In this document: piece after piece, positions 27,386 to 38,978 of the stretch
How positions within the stretch are numbered: the stretch's first letter is position 1
How the letters are laid out: every line of letters starts with the position of its first letter
Program-made: the position numbers and the translations under genes
Source: Eledone cirrhosa
Lineage: Eukaryota
NCBI GenBank assembly: GCA_964016885.1
Contig: OZ024743.1
Coordinates: 50,282,001-50,346,000 of the forward strand
DNA length: 64,000 nt
Direction: 5' to 3'
Notes under the pieces: generated by a model
What the model was told of the DNA's origin: nothing
What the model saw: the letters and a program-made list of their open reading frames with translations, nothing else
The model's database searches: none

Positions 27386-27479
27386 AAGATGTAGAGTTTA
27401 AAACGTTGTGAAGAGGGGGGAGGTTAGACAACAGTGAAAATACAGTTGACAAACAGTTCATTCCGTTTATGTGTACATA

Positions 27480-27939
27480 ATACATACATAGATATATATA
27501 TTCATATATATACCTATATACAAACATAGATATATATATATTCATATATATACCTATATACAAACATAGATATATATATTCATATATATACCTATATACA
27601 TACATAGATATATATATTCATATATATACCTATATACATACATAGATATATATATTCATATATATATCTATATACATACATAGATATAGATATATATTCA
27701 TATATATACCTATACACATACATAGATATATATATTCATATATATACCTATATACATACATAGATATATATATTCATATATATACCTATATATATACATA
27801 GATATATATATTCCAGGGGCCAAGGGTCCGTGCATGCAACGCATGCAGTGCATGCGTTATAGAATCTTGAGTTGATCAATTGCGTCGGTTGAAGCAAGCA
27901 GAATTTTGGTGACTTACTAAATCGTAGACACATAAAAAG

Positions 27940-28017
<78 letters not shown>

Positions 28018-28245
28018 ATAACACTACATGCGGCTTTGACCGGGAGGGTCATTTAGAGGGAATGGGGGGGGGGGGGTAAGGTTGCACAGCCCCACTTTCT
28101 GCCATGGCGATTGGACTGCATGCCCTGCTTTCCAGGTTACCCTTCGCCACTGATATATTCATATACATACATAGAAATATATATTCATATATATATATCT
28201 ATAGACATACATGGAAATATATATTCATATATATATATATACCTA
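27480..28245. repeat. ~38-bp AT-rich minisatellite, interrupted by the hAT MITE; continues at 35958-36020
   Basis: tatatatacctatatacatacatagatatatatattca units. Confidence 0.85.
27814..28152. mobile_element. hAT-type MITE
   Basis: TIR CAGGGGCCAAGGG / CCCTTCGCCACTG; 8-bp TSD atatattc at 27806-27813 and 28153-28160. The TSD lies in repetitive sequence, which weakens it. Confidence 0.75.
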
Positions 28246-31200
28246 CTAGCAAATGCCCCCCGTCCATTGGATAGTGTTAGTTCTTGGTAAGACTGCAGTC
28301 TTAATGGTGAAATTCCGTCTTGTCGATGTTTAACATGGAGGATAATTTAACGTGATCAAATATTTCAATCAACAATGAGACGGTATTCAAAAAGAGCATG
28401 TTTTATTTACAGATATCTGTCATTAAAATGTGAAAATAGAGAAATATCGAAAATAGAAAATATATAAAAATGTGAAAATAGAGAAAAATGAAAATATCGT
28501 TTGGAATGTCGTTTAATTGACTGAATGGCTGAAGAATCGGTACAAAAAGCATAGACAACAGTTCGGTTGACATGAAGGCAACATGTAAGAAACTACATGT
28601 GTAATTGAATTATGAAATAACCTGGGGGCATGTGGAAGGCTGTCCATTGAAATGAAAAAATGGTTGATTTCATCAATGGGTATTTGTTGGAAGAGTAACA
28701 TTACCTATTGTGAAAAGTAAGTAATCGCAATAAAGACCAACCTGAAGGGGCTTTCAACTCCAAGGAAAAACTATTGGAGGGCTAGCTTGTAAACCACATT
28801 TTTTGTCAATCTTCCGGGAGCGTAGTAAAAGAGATTGTTCGAGTTTCCAACTATTGAACATGCCATATACAGTTGTCCATGTGAAAAGCATGGAGTATTG
28901 AGGTCCAGCCCAACCACTTTTAGTGACTGTCCCTGGGCTTTGTTAATGGTCATTGAAAAACTTAATTGAATGGGGAATTGTACTCTTTTCATCGGAAAGA
29001 TACAGCCAGTTGGAATAAGTGGAACTCGGGAAATAAAAACAGAGTCGCCAGCGCTTTTTCCCGTAATGGTTGTAGCCTCAAGAACGTCATCCAACATTTG
29101 CGTTATAACCAAGCGTGTGCCATTGCAAAGCCGAGGAGGTTCCAAGTTTCTCAAGAGTATGATGGGACTTCCAAGTCTTAGGCAGAGTTTATGCGGTGGC
29201 ATTCCCGATGGCTCTTGTGAGTTTAAAAACTTCGATAAAACGTTACTTGCGTCGGATCCGTAATCGAATCAATCGAAGCATAACATCGCCCTTGGGAAGG
29301 AAGTTGACGAAGCAGACATGTGTTAAGAGCTTGGACGATGGCATTTGTAGGAGCTAAGATGGCCCTTTCACACATCCATTGATGACTGACGTAATTTGTT
29401 GAGAGGTCGGAGTAAACTCTTGTGCAAATGTCCTCAGGGATGGAGACGTAGTTACCGATGGTACTTATGTCAACCAAACCGTTTACGTCGATTGGTAAGT
29501 TCCCATTACCAACATCCAATAACTTTGAAGCAAAGTAATTGACACCCTCTTGTTGGTGGAGAATCGATCGCATGTTGATGGTTAACTTTCTCGACTGGAC
29601 GAAGCGCCAAAGATGAGAATGTTTAATGCAAGCCAAGCATCTATTTCTTCAACTGGTTGGCCTTTTGGGAGAATGGGAAGTGTTTGACGAAAATCCCCAG
29701 CAAGAAGCAGAACGACGCCACCGAACGGTTTAGAGTTGGAGTGCAGGTCTTGTAGCGTTGTATTGATTGCATCAAATGCTCTTTTGGCACATTTTTGCCT
29801 CGTCCCAGACAATCAATTTGCATTTTTGAAAGACAGCAGCCTCATCAGAATTCTTCTTTATATTGGTGGTCGGATTTTCAACATGGCCGATGTTAAGGGG
29901 GCAGCTTAAATTTTGAATGGACTGTTCTGCCACCGTCTAGCAGCGTTGCTGTTATTCCAGACGCCGCCATTGCAATGGCAATCTGTCCACGTTGGCGAAC
30001 TTTGGCAAGAAGGAGGTTGAGGATAAATATCTTTCCTGTGCCATCTGGCGCATCAAGGAAGTGGCTGCCACCGTTGGTGTCTTCAAGCATGGTCAAAACA
30101 AAAGTATAGAGATCAGCTTGTTCAAGATTCAAAGGTTTTTCTCTTTCTTGAACGTAGGACAGAAGCCTGGCAGCACCGCAGCATGTCTCCCTTAGTAGGG
30201 GGCGGTTACAAACAGCCTAATTTTCTCTTTTAGGGGATTCCATACAGTAGTTCTTCAAGGGACGGTCACCCATTTACAAAAGTAAATCTTCTAGAAATAT
30301 GAGACCGCAGTTGTATATTTCAGGTGTAAACTGTAAATTCATGTGTGTGGACGAGAAGCGAGATTGCATTAGGATGTCTAAGCACATGCTGTCGCGATAT
30401 TTCTCCCAGAAAGACTGTGGATTCCCAAGACTGCAGTACACCAACATAACGGCGAAAAGCTTACGAAGAGCAATTGGTGACTGCAACATTGATGCTTCAT
30501 GGAGGGCGTGGTCATAGTGATCATTGTCAAGAAGACCTAATTTGGAGCAGGCCTCTTTAAATGTTGAACAAATATGGCCATTGGCGGTACGAAGGTCTTC
30601 AAAGGAAGTTGGACCTTTGACAACGTGCAATAGAAGACGAAGGTGAAAGCATTCTGAATTGAGCGGGCGAACTGTGTACACTCTTGAGAGGGAATCAGAC
30701 TCACGCATCGAAGCATCCCTTTGTAAAATGCATCCTCGCTAGCTTCTTTGCCAACAGCGGGAAGATTTATTCTACGTATAGAATGTAGACAACTCCGCAT
30801 AAATAAGTGTTCTGGCAAGAGAGTCAGTACAAAGTTCAAAGAATCCGGTAAGGGTCGTTCTTCGAGGTTGTCTTGCACAGTCAAGCATATGTTCTTGGTT
30901 AAAATACACCTGTTGACCATTCTCCAAATGAACGCTGAGGTGAATAACTGCAGGTTCACGTTCATGGATCGGAAAACCGAATATGTGCCAAAATGCCTCG
31001 TTAGAAGAGATGTAGCGTCCAGTTTGGAAAAACGTGACTTCAACTGTGGCGGCATCAGAGTTATCGGTCTTAGCCAACTCAATAACTGCTCGATCGGCAC
31101 CCTTATTAACATACTTGCAGATGTATTGGATTGATTTTACGGAGTTGCAGAATTCAACATTAATGTGGGCTGAAAACATTTTACAAAGCACCTTGTTATG

Positions 31201-33978
31201 TAGTACAACCCATCGGTTGTCGATATTGAAATCTTGACCACCAACCATTGTTATAGTTGCTGTATGTCCACCCTCCTGTGGTGCCCTGCGACGGTATAAA
31301 CGGTAGCCATCATCACCAGTTTTGGTTTCATGGATAAGTTTACGTGGGTAACGCTTTGTACATTTCCCATTATCCATGCAGATTTTGGATTTAGGTGGCC
31401 TCACGGTCCATGGATCATGTTGGCTTTTATAATTTGAAAAAAGACAGGGTCTTCTTGGGGATTTGGCAATTCAGCACTTATAACGGAATCAACACCAGTT
31501 GACATGAGCTTTTTTTGAAGCCAAAGCAGAATATGGGCATGTGGCAGTCCTCTCTTCTGCCATTCTACGGTGTACATGAAACACCTTACTGGTCCAAAAA
31601 GTTGTCCGTATTTTATAACATCCATCATTTTCATAAGTTTTAGGTGAAACACTCTAGATGTGATATTATTCATGCCTGTGTGAAGGATTTTGGCCATGAA
31701 GTAAGTGAGACTGGATGTCAAACCATTTTGGATTGCATGTAAAGGTGATGAAAAGATCACAATGGCGGACATAGGTCAGAGCATCCTGCATTTTTTCATG
31801 CATGTAACGGGGGCCTCCAGTGTATGACGATGGGAGAATGACAGAAAGCCCAACATCCGAAGCAATAACCTGATCATTTCGGTTGACTTCGTCACATAGA
31901 TAACCGTATTCTTCTGAACGCAGTTCCTTTTGATGGTGTCTTATCCATTGGAGGCGTTCAGTGTCAATCTGGAAAAGGAAGAAATTGTTGTGGTAAATAT
32001 TGAGTAAACTGGCTAAGGAAATTTTCTGAACGAAATCATAAAATAAGAAATAGTTACCTTAGCAAATACGTCTACACAGTATTGATTGAGGAGCATCCGT
32101 GTTCTATGCAGAATGTTGATGTCGTTTTTGCGAACGATAAGCCTAAATGCATAAAATTCCATTTGTGAACTGGTTTTCCGTGGTTGAAGATGCATTAAAG
32201 TTACCGGATTACACTTTGGCAAGTCAATGCGGTAGCCATCATCGCCAAAGGGGAACAGTAATAGATATTGGAGGGCATCATATACAGGATGAAGTTCAGT
32301 TATTTTTTGAAGACGCGAGTCCTGCCATTCAAGAACAATATCACGGTTTGAAGCACTCCTGTTATGACTTGTTATAAGCACCGCAACTTCATCGGTTTGG
32401 GGTCTGTTAAAGCAACCCTGATGCTGCCCTGGTGTAGCGTGATCACCTCGAAATACAACCTTGAATTGATTGGTGTTAGCATCTCTACGCTGAAAAGCAG
32501 TTTTGAAAATGGTGACGTAGGGGTTTATGGTATGAAGCATATATTGAAGGGGCTGCAGAAGAAAAGGTATTGTTCCTTTAGCAACTGAAGCTCTTCGTGC
32601 AGTTTCTTCAGGTCCGTTCCCCATAAAGTAAATCTGGAGAAAACTGTGTTCATCGCCATCTTGTGGAATAAGGGAGCCAATTTGATGGTAAATTTGGTCT
32701 TGCACTTTGAATGTGGGCATATAATTTCCATGTTTCATTGGTGTATTACCAAAGCTTGTCATTTGGAAAGCCGAATTGTAGGCTCTTATATTTCTAAGAA
32801 AGTGTTTAGAATCAGGGTGGTCTCCAAGCAGCAGAGAATTCAAAGGTTCGGCACCGACTTGTAAACGAGGCAATCTAACCGTTCCATTGGAGCAGCATAT
32901 ACCGGTAGATTCTGCTGGCCACCTCATTGCGTTACAATAGACGCAAACAGTTGACATCCTAGCAATGATGATATGTGGGTGGGAGGTGTAGTCCTCTTGG
33001 AGGCTGTAATGAAAAGACTTCTTAGACCAGTAACAGGAAGAAACCCTCGGAAAGACATGAGAACTCATTTTCCGTTGAGAATCAGCCGCAAGCCTTGTTG
33101 CCCTTTGGCAAAAGCACGGCTCTTTGAAGTTGAAGCAGCATCGCAGGCAAGCCGGAGTTCTGCTTGTTCAGCAGTCTGTAATGCTCTGGCCTTCGAAATA
33201 GAAGTAGCATTGCGAGCGAGCCGGAGTTCTGCTTGTTCAGTTGTCTGTAATGCTCTGGCGATCGAAGTAGAAGCAGCATTGCGACCACGCCGTAGCATAC
33301 ATTGTTCTTCTGTCTCGCTTGCGCGCAAAGAACGCAAAGCAAAAGCAATTCTTGTTTTTCTTCCGATGTGACTCTTGCTTTTTCGAGGCATTCTATGGAA
33401 AATCTGTAATTGAATAAATCTGAAACAAATCATTAACTGTCAACCAGAGACTGATATACTACAGAACCTACTGCAAATGTTCAATGAGCTATAAAGAAAA
33501 TATCATTACAAACTGACTGATCACCGAGAAGAAATTGTGTAACACAATGCTGTAAATGTTATGTATAAGTCGTTAAGGAAGTGTCGCTTACAGCAACTAT
33601 ATTCCGTGACATCGGCAATCAAATTACTGAGTACAATATTTGTCTACCTTGTAGGTTCTAGAAGTATTACAGTTCATCAGTGCTAATTAATAAAAGAGTC
33701 TTGTAATACACAATATACAGCGTCATCTAAAGTGGTTATGTTTCTTTTATAAAAACATCTCGCATCCTCCTTTAGCAATGTGTAAAATTTTAAGAGATCG
33801 GGTGAATAATACGCAAGTTATAATACTTTACACACTCAGGCAGAATGGGACTCGATCTCATCCAAAATCTGTAATTGAATGCATCTGAAACAAATCAAAT
33901 CAAAGAAATGTACCTGGTTACTGTTTATAGGACTTCTAATGAAGAATGCAATGTCCCATAAGGATTAGAAAAATGGCG

Positions 33979-34051
<73 letters not shown>

Positions 34052-34331
34052 TACCTGTAAACATATGTATATATTTATCTATGCATGTATGTATATATAA
34101 AATATATATATATATACCTGTAAACATATGTATGTATTTATCTATGCATGCATGCATATATAAAATATTGTCATATTTACCAAAATATTTTTCTAATATC
34201 GTATTTAATATTTTATATTGTCGTCTGCTTCTCTTCTCACATGTGGTTACTTACTGTCTCACTCTTTCTTTTTTCCGTCTCACACAGCCTCTTCTTTCTC
34301 TCTCTTTTTGCCAGTCCCTTCTCTCATGCAG

Positions 34332-34379
<48 letters not shown>

Positions 34380-35561
34380 TCCGCTTCCTTTTTTGTCTCT
34401 TTCTTTCTGTCGCTGTTTCCCTCTTATAGACATTCTCTCTCTTTCTTTCCCCTCTCACACAGCCTCTTCTTTCTCTCTCTTTTTGCCAGTCCCTTCTCTC
34501 ACACAGCTTTCTCTCTACCTCTCTCTCCCTCCCCTCCGGTTCCTTTTTTGTCTCTTTCTTTCTGGCGTTGTTTCCCTCCTATAGACATTCTCTCTCTTTA
34601 TTTTTCTTTCCGTCTCTCTCTTCTACTCTGTACTTTCTACTCCCTTCTCTTTCTCAATGTACCCCGTTTATCGGAGTTATGAGTAAAAACATACACACGT
34701 ATACGTACAGATATAAATATACATTTATATATTCATTTTTATCTTTATTGTTTTACTTTATAACACCCCTGACTATTTTTACTGTATTTTAATTTTTTAA
34801 TTTTTCATATATATTTTTATTCTTTATTTTATTATTATATATGTATCCATACCTTGTCTGACATTGTGTCTCGCTATATCACCAATTACCCTTGCTCATC
34901 TTTCAAATGTTCATGCCTGTATTTGTGTATATGTATATTTGTGTACGTTGCCATATATGTATGTATGTGTGTGTACTGAGTGTGTTTAGCCCTAACTTTT
35001 TACGCTTTTCTATGAGTGTGTTTTTTGTGTTTTAGTTTTAGTCTTTTTGTTTCTTCGCCTTTTGTTTATGTTTTTTGTCTTTACGTCCGTAAGTGTGCAT
35101 GCTTGTTTTTATTTCATTTTTATTAATATTTTTTTTTCATAAGGTTTTTTATTTTTATTTTTAAATTTATTTTTATCTTTAATTTTTATTATATTATTTT
35201 ACCATTTCATTTTTATATTTTAATGTATGTATATATTCTTATTTATATGTGCGTATATAGTCGTCTATCAACTACTATATACGTATTTTACTTCTACCTT
35301 CATTTATGTATACGTGTTTTCATATGCGTACATACACATATATTTTTTACTATACACATGCAATTATATATGTAGATTTATCTATGCATGTATGTATATA
35401 TAAAATATTGTCATATTTACAAAAATATTTTTCTAATATCGTGTTTAATATTTCATATTATCGTCTGCTTCTCTTCTCCCAACATGTGGTTACTTACTGT
35501 CTCACTCTCTCGTTCTTTCCCCTCGCACACAGCCTCTTCTTTCTCTCTCTTTTTGCCAGTC

Positions 35562-35606
<45 letters not shown>

Positions 35607-35957
35607 CCTTTTTTCTTTGCCTCTTTCTTTCTGTCGCTGTTTCCCTCCTATAGACATTCCCTCTCTTTCTTTTTCTGTCCCTCTCTCTCTTCTACTCTGC
35701 ACTTTCTACTTCCTTCTCTTTCTCAACCGCGTTCCTGCTTACGGCAGTTCTAATGGAGATGTTTTAACGCAAAGTCACACAAGGATTAGCAAAATGGCGA
35801 TTATCACTTTGAAAGAAACAATTATGCAATAAATAGTTGTTATTGACACGTCTCGCATCCTCCTTTGGCAATGTGTAAAATTTTAGCGAGATCGGGTGAA
35901 CAATACGCAAGTTATAATACTTTACACACACAGACAGAACGGGACTTATATAGTAGA
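28246..35957 (-). mobile_element. Full-length, formerly autonomous Helitron, 7.7 kb
   Basis: 5' A|TCTACTATATAAG at 35957; 3' hairpin remnant TATCCAATGGACGG then CTAG|T at 28246; no TSD. The empty site restores the host minisatellite. Confidence 0.92.
28771..33391 (-). pseudogene. Helitron RepHel (HUH endonuclease + PIF1 helicase), multiply frameshifted
   Basis: MPRKSK start, CxxC..CC zinc region, RAYNSAFQMTS, LPSSYTGGPRYM, FITFTCNPKW, EWQKRGLPHAHIL, YICKYVNKG, Walker A DAPDGTGKIF, AGDFRQTLP, MTINKAQGQSL, FSHGQLY. Intron at 31969-32057. Confidence 0.95.
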
Positions 35958-36204
35958 TATGCATACATAGATATAAATACTCATATATATACCTATATAC
36001 TCGTACATACATAGAAATATACATGTATATAATATATATATTGACAAATAAAATATTTTGAAGTTGACAAACAGTTGATTCCGTTTATGTGTACATAATA
36101 AATCCTCTATATACATACAATACTATATGTGTGAATCTACGGTTGTATGTATGTATGTATGTATGTATGTATGTATGTATGTATGTATGTATGTATGTAT
36201 GTAT

Positions 36205-36810
36205 GTCAGGTCACCAGTTGGTGCTACTGGTAACATGTATCCCAGTGCAACCTGTCTCATGGTCGGGTCGTTGGCGACTAAACTGGCAACCCCACCAAGG
36301 TTTCTTGGTGAGGAGGGTGACTTTGGACATCCTGCAGGACTAAAAACAAAACCTGTCAAAGGGCAAAGGAGCTCTTAAGAGTCAATGGCCATCCAAAATC
36401 ACAGGGAGAGATGACCCCTTAACCTTTATCAAGGCAGAATTCTAGAAGGAAAACTCTGATATAACACCTGCAACCCTGATGGTATCCAATGATGTTGACT
36501 TGTTCTTCTTTTTGGTAAATATCATCTTGGTTAAGAGAGTGGGACTGGCTTTGTGCAGTGCCTTTGCTCACTATAAAAGCTTCACGGCACAGGCATTGCT
36601 TTATATGTGGAGATCTCTCTACACTTGTCCTCACATGGTACCATGGGCCCAGCACTATGTGTCAATAATTGTCACAAGTGTAGTGTTTGTACCAGAGTTT
36701 TCAAGTCGCTGGCTGGACTAAAAAGTCACACTCGTTCAGCGTATCGGTAGGGGTTCTCCTACATGGATATAAAGTAGTGGCCGTACTCGAAGATGAGTTG
36801 GCAGCCACCA
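36205..36810 (+). mobile_element. Internally deleted RTE-like element (putative 5'UTR + C2H2 3' end) in (TATG)n
   Basis: Plus strand encodes VCTRVFKSLAGLKSHTRS, similar to the finger at about 44700. (TATG)n on both sides. Confidence 0.6.
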
Positions 36811-36999
36811 TGTATGTATGTATGTATGTATGTATGTATGTATGTATGTATGTATGTATGTATGCATGTATGTATGTATGTATGTATGTATGTATGTATG
36901 TATGTATGTATGTATGTATGTATGTGTGTGTATGCAGATATACGTAGATGCATATATACAGTGATAGATTAATAGATATACAAACATATGTATGTTTTA

Positions 37000-38255
37000 T
37001 CTCTTTCTCTTAATTTCGAGTATATTTTTTGACCGGCCACCTTCCTGGTGGCAATGTTGTAAAAGAAAAGAAATTGTCATCCCTTGAATCGCAAGAATGT
37101 TTTGCAAATTTTGAAGGTGTCAGCTATCGCAGCCTTTTGTAGACTATGAAATAGGGAGCTGCGCTCTTTGTCCGCAAATCCAAGTTCAATCATACTTTGG
37201 TCCAAGCGGGTTGGTATATAACCCGTAGCTCCAATATTGATGGGTATGAAGCTAAAGTGTATCTTGGATACTGGATTTGTAAACTCCTCATCAATGGTCT
37301 GTAGATGTCCTCCTTCTCCTGTATTTTTCTGACAGCGTTTACATCAAGTGAGCAGCTGATCTCCACAACAGAACACGTTTTCAATGTGTGGTCCCAAACA
37401 ACAATATCAGGCCGGTTGTGCTTTAATTTGGTGGCAGTTTTTATTTTCAGGTTCCACCAGTATTCCTTAGTGCCATCTGTCTCAATATATTCTTCCTCGT
37501 TTGTTGTTAATTTTGTTTTCCGAAGTGCGTTCCAGATGGTTCTAGCTATCCCATCGTGTCTCATGGGGAGGTAGTAGCGAGATGACATTCTTTCGCAGCT
37601 GGCAACAATGTGGCTTACATCTTCGATCTTTGTTTTACATAGCCTACATTTATTGTCAGCTGACGGCCCTCCCATTTTTGTGCAGCATATATCTGGTAGG
37701 GAGTTCTTGTTCCTGTATTGCATAGAGATATCCCTCAAGGTGTGATGTCATAAACTTGTCGGAACTCCATGCCAGGCTTTTTGAGTGGTTTATCCCCTCT
37801 ATGGTCTGTGTTTTACGTCTCAAGTATCCATGCACAACTTTTTCTGTAAATTGGTCAATTTTTTCATCTTGTTTGAACATTGAATAGGATCTTCCGATTT
37901 CTCTGGGTGAGAGATTTATATCAGGCTTTATTCCATATCTCTCCTCCAGATCAGTGGCTATCCTAATGATTTTTTTTTTTTTCATCCTCTGTTGAAGATG
38001 TTGCTTCAGTGTTACTATCTGTGTCTCATATGTTGTTAATATGAATTTTAGACCCCGGCCACCTTCCTTGCCTATCCACATCACCATTGATGTTAAAGTT
38101 CCCAGTAACACTGAGAAGTTTGCGAGTTCTAACATCCATCTCACTTAGTTCTTGCAATGACCAGTTCAGCAGGCCAAATGTTGGCGTGAGAATTGGCACA
38201 GCATAAGTATTGTGGACAATGTATTTGTTGTACGCTGACAGTTCTGATGACCACA
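37000..38255 (-). mobile_element. 5'-truncated R4/Dong-like RLE LINE, decayed
   Basis: WSSELSAYNK..YAVPILTPTFG..W, GGRGL, AIQEQ, CRLC..HIVASC, RHD, RPDIVVWD..VEISC (PD-(D/E)xK-type nuclease). Confidence 0.9.
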
Positions 38256-38625
38256 CCTACACACACACACCACATTCAGCCCTCCCCGCTCGGACACCCC
38301 GTCTCCCTCTCCCCACTCCACCCGCCACCACCCCTACACACCCCACACCCTTCCACCACCTGTTTTACCCCATTTTAATTTTATTTTATTTTGATCATGC
38401 TTTTATTTTTAATTTCATTCGCACCGTTTCCTCCCACCCCCTTTTCGCTATATGTCTCTCCACCACTCCCCTACACACCCTTTGAACTCTCTTCCCACAC
38501 ACTTTTCACCTGAAGAAGGGCTTATGCCCGAAACGTCGTTCCCCACCACCACCCCACTCTCCAGAGCGTGAAATTAATAAACATTCGTTGTACTGCCTCT
38601 CTGTTCCTGTTCAAATTTTCCATTA
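38256..38625 (+). mobile_element. PLE pseudo-LTR remnant
   Basis: C-rich leader, hammerhead, downstream AATAAA, ends in (TA)n. Confidence 0.6.
38507..38540 (+). ncRNA. Minimal type I hammerhead ribozyme
   Basis: cac-CTGAAGA-a-GGGC ttat GCCC-GAAAC-GTC^gtt. Confidence 0.85.
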
Positions 38626-38648
38626 TATATATATATATACACATACAT

Positions 38649-38687
<39 letters not shown>

Positions 38688-38695
38688 TTAATAAC

Positions 38696-38727
<32 letters not shown>

Positions 38728-38978
38728 TTTCATTTATTGGCCACAAGGGCCGACATATAGGGGACAATACAATAGACAGGGACAGTGGGGGTTTACATAG
38801 AGATCGAGTAAGTATAAATAACAAAAAAACAAAATAACAATAAAAATACAACAATGAAAGTTCCCCAATAAGAGGGATCACCACCCAGGGTTGACTCAAG
38901 CACCCCACCAGTCCTGAGCCACCCGACGCTCCTAGGGCACCCGGGAAGGGCACCCCTCTCCTTCTCGAATTCACCAGC

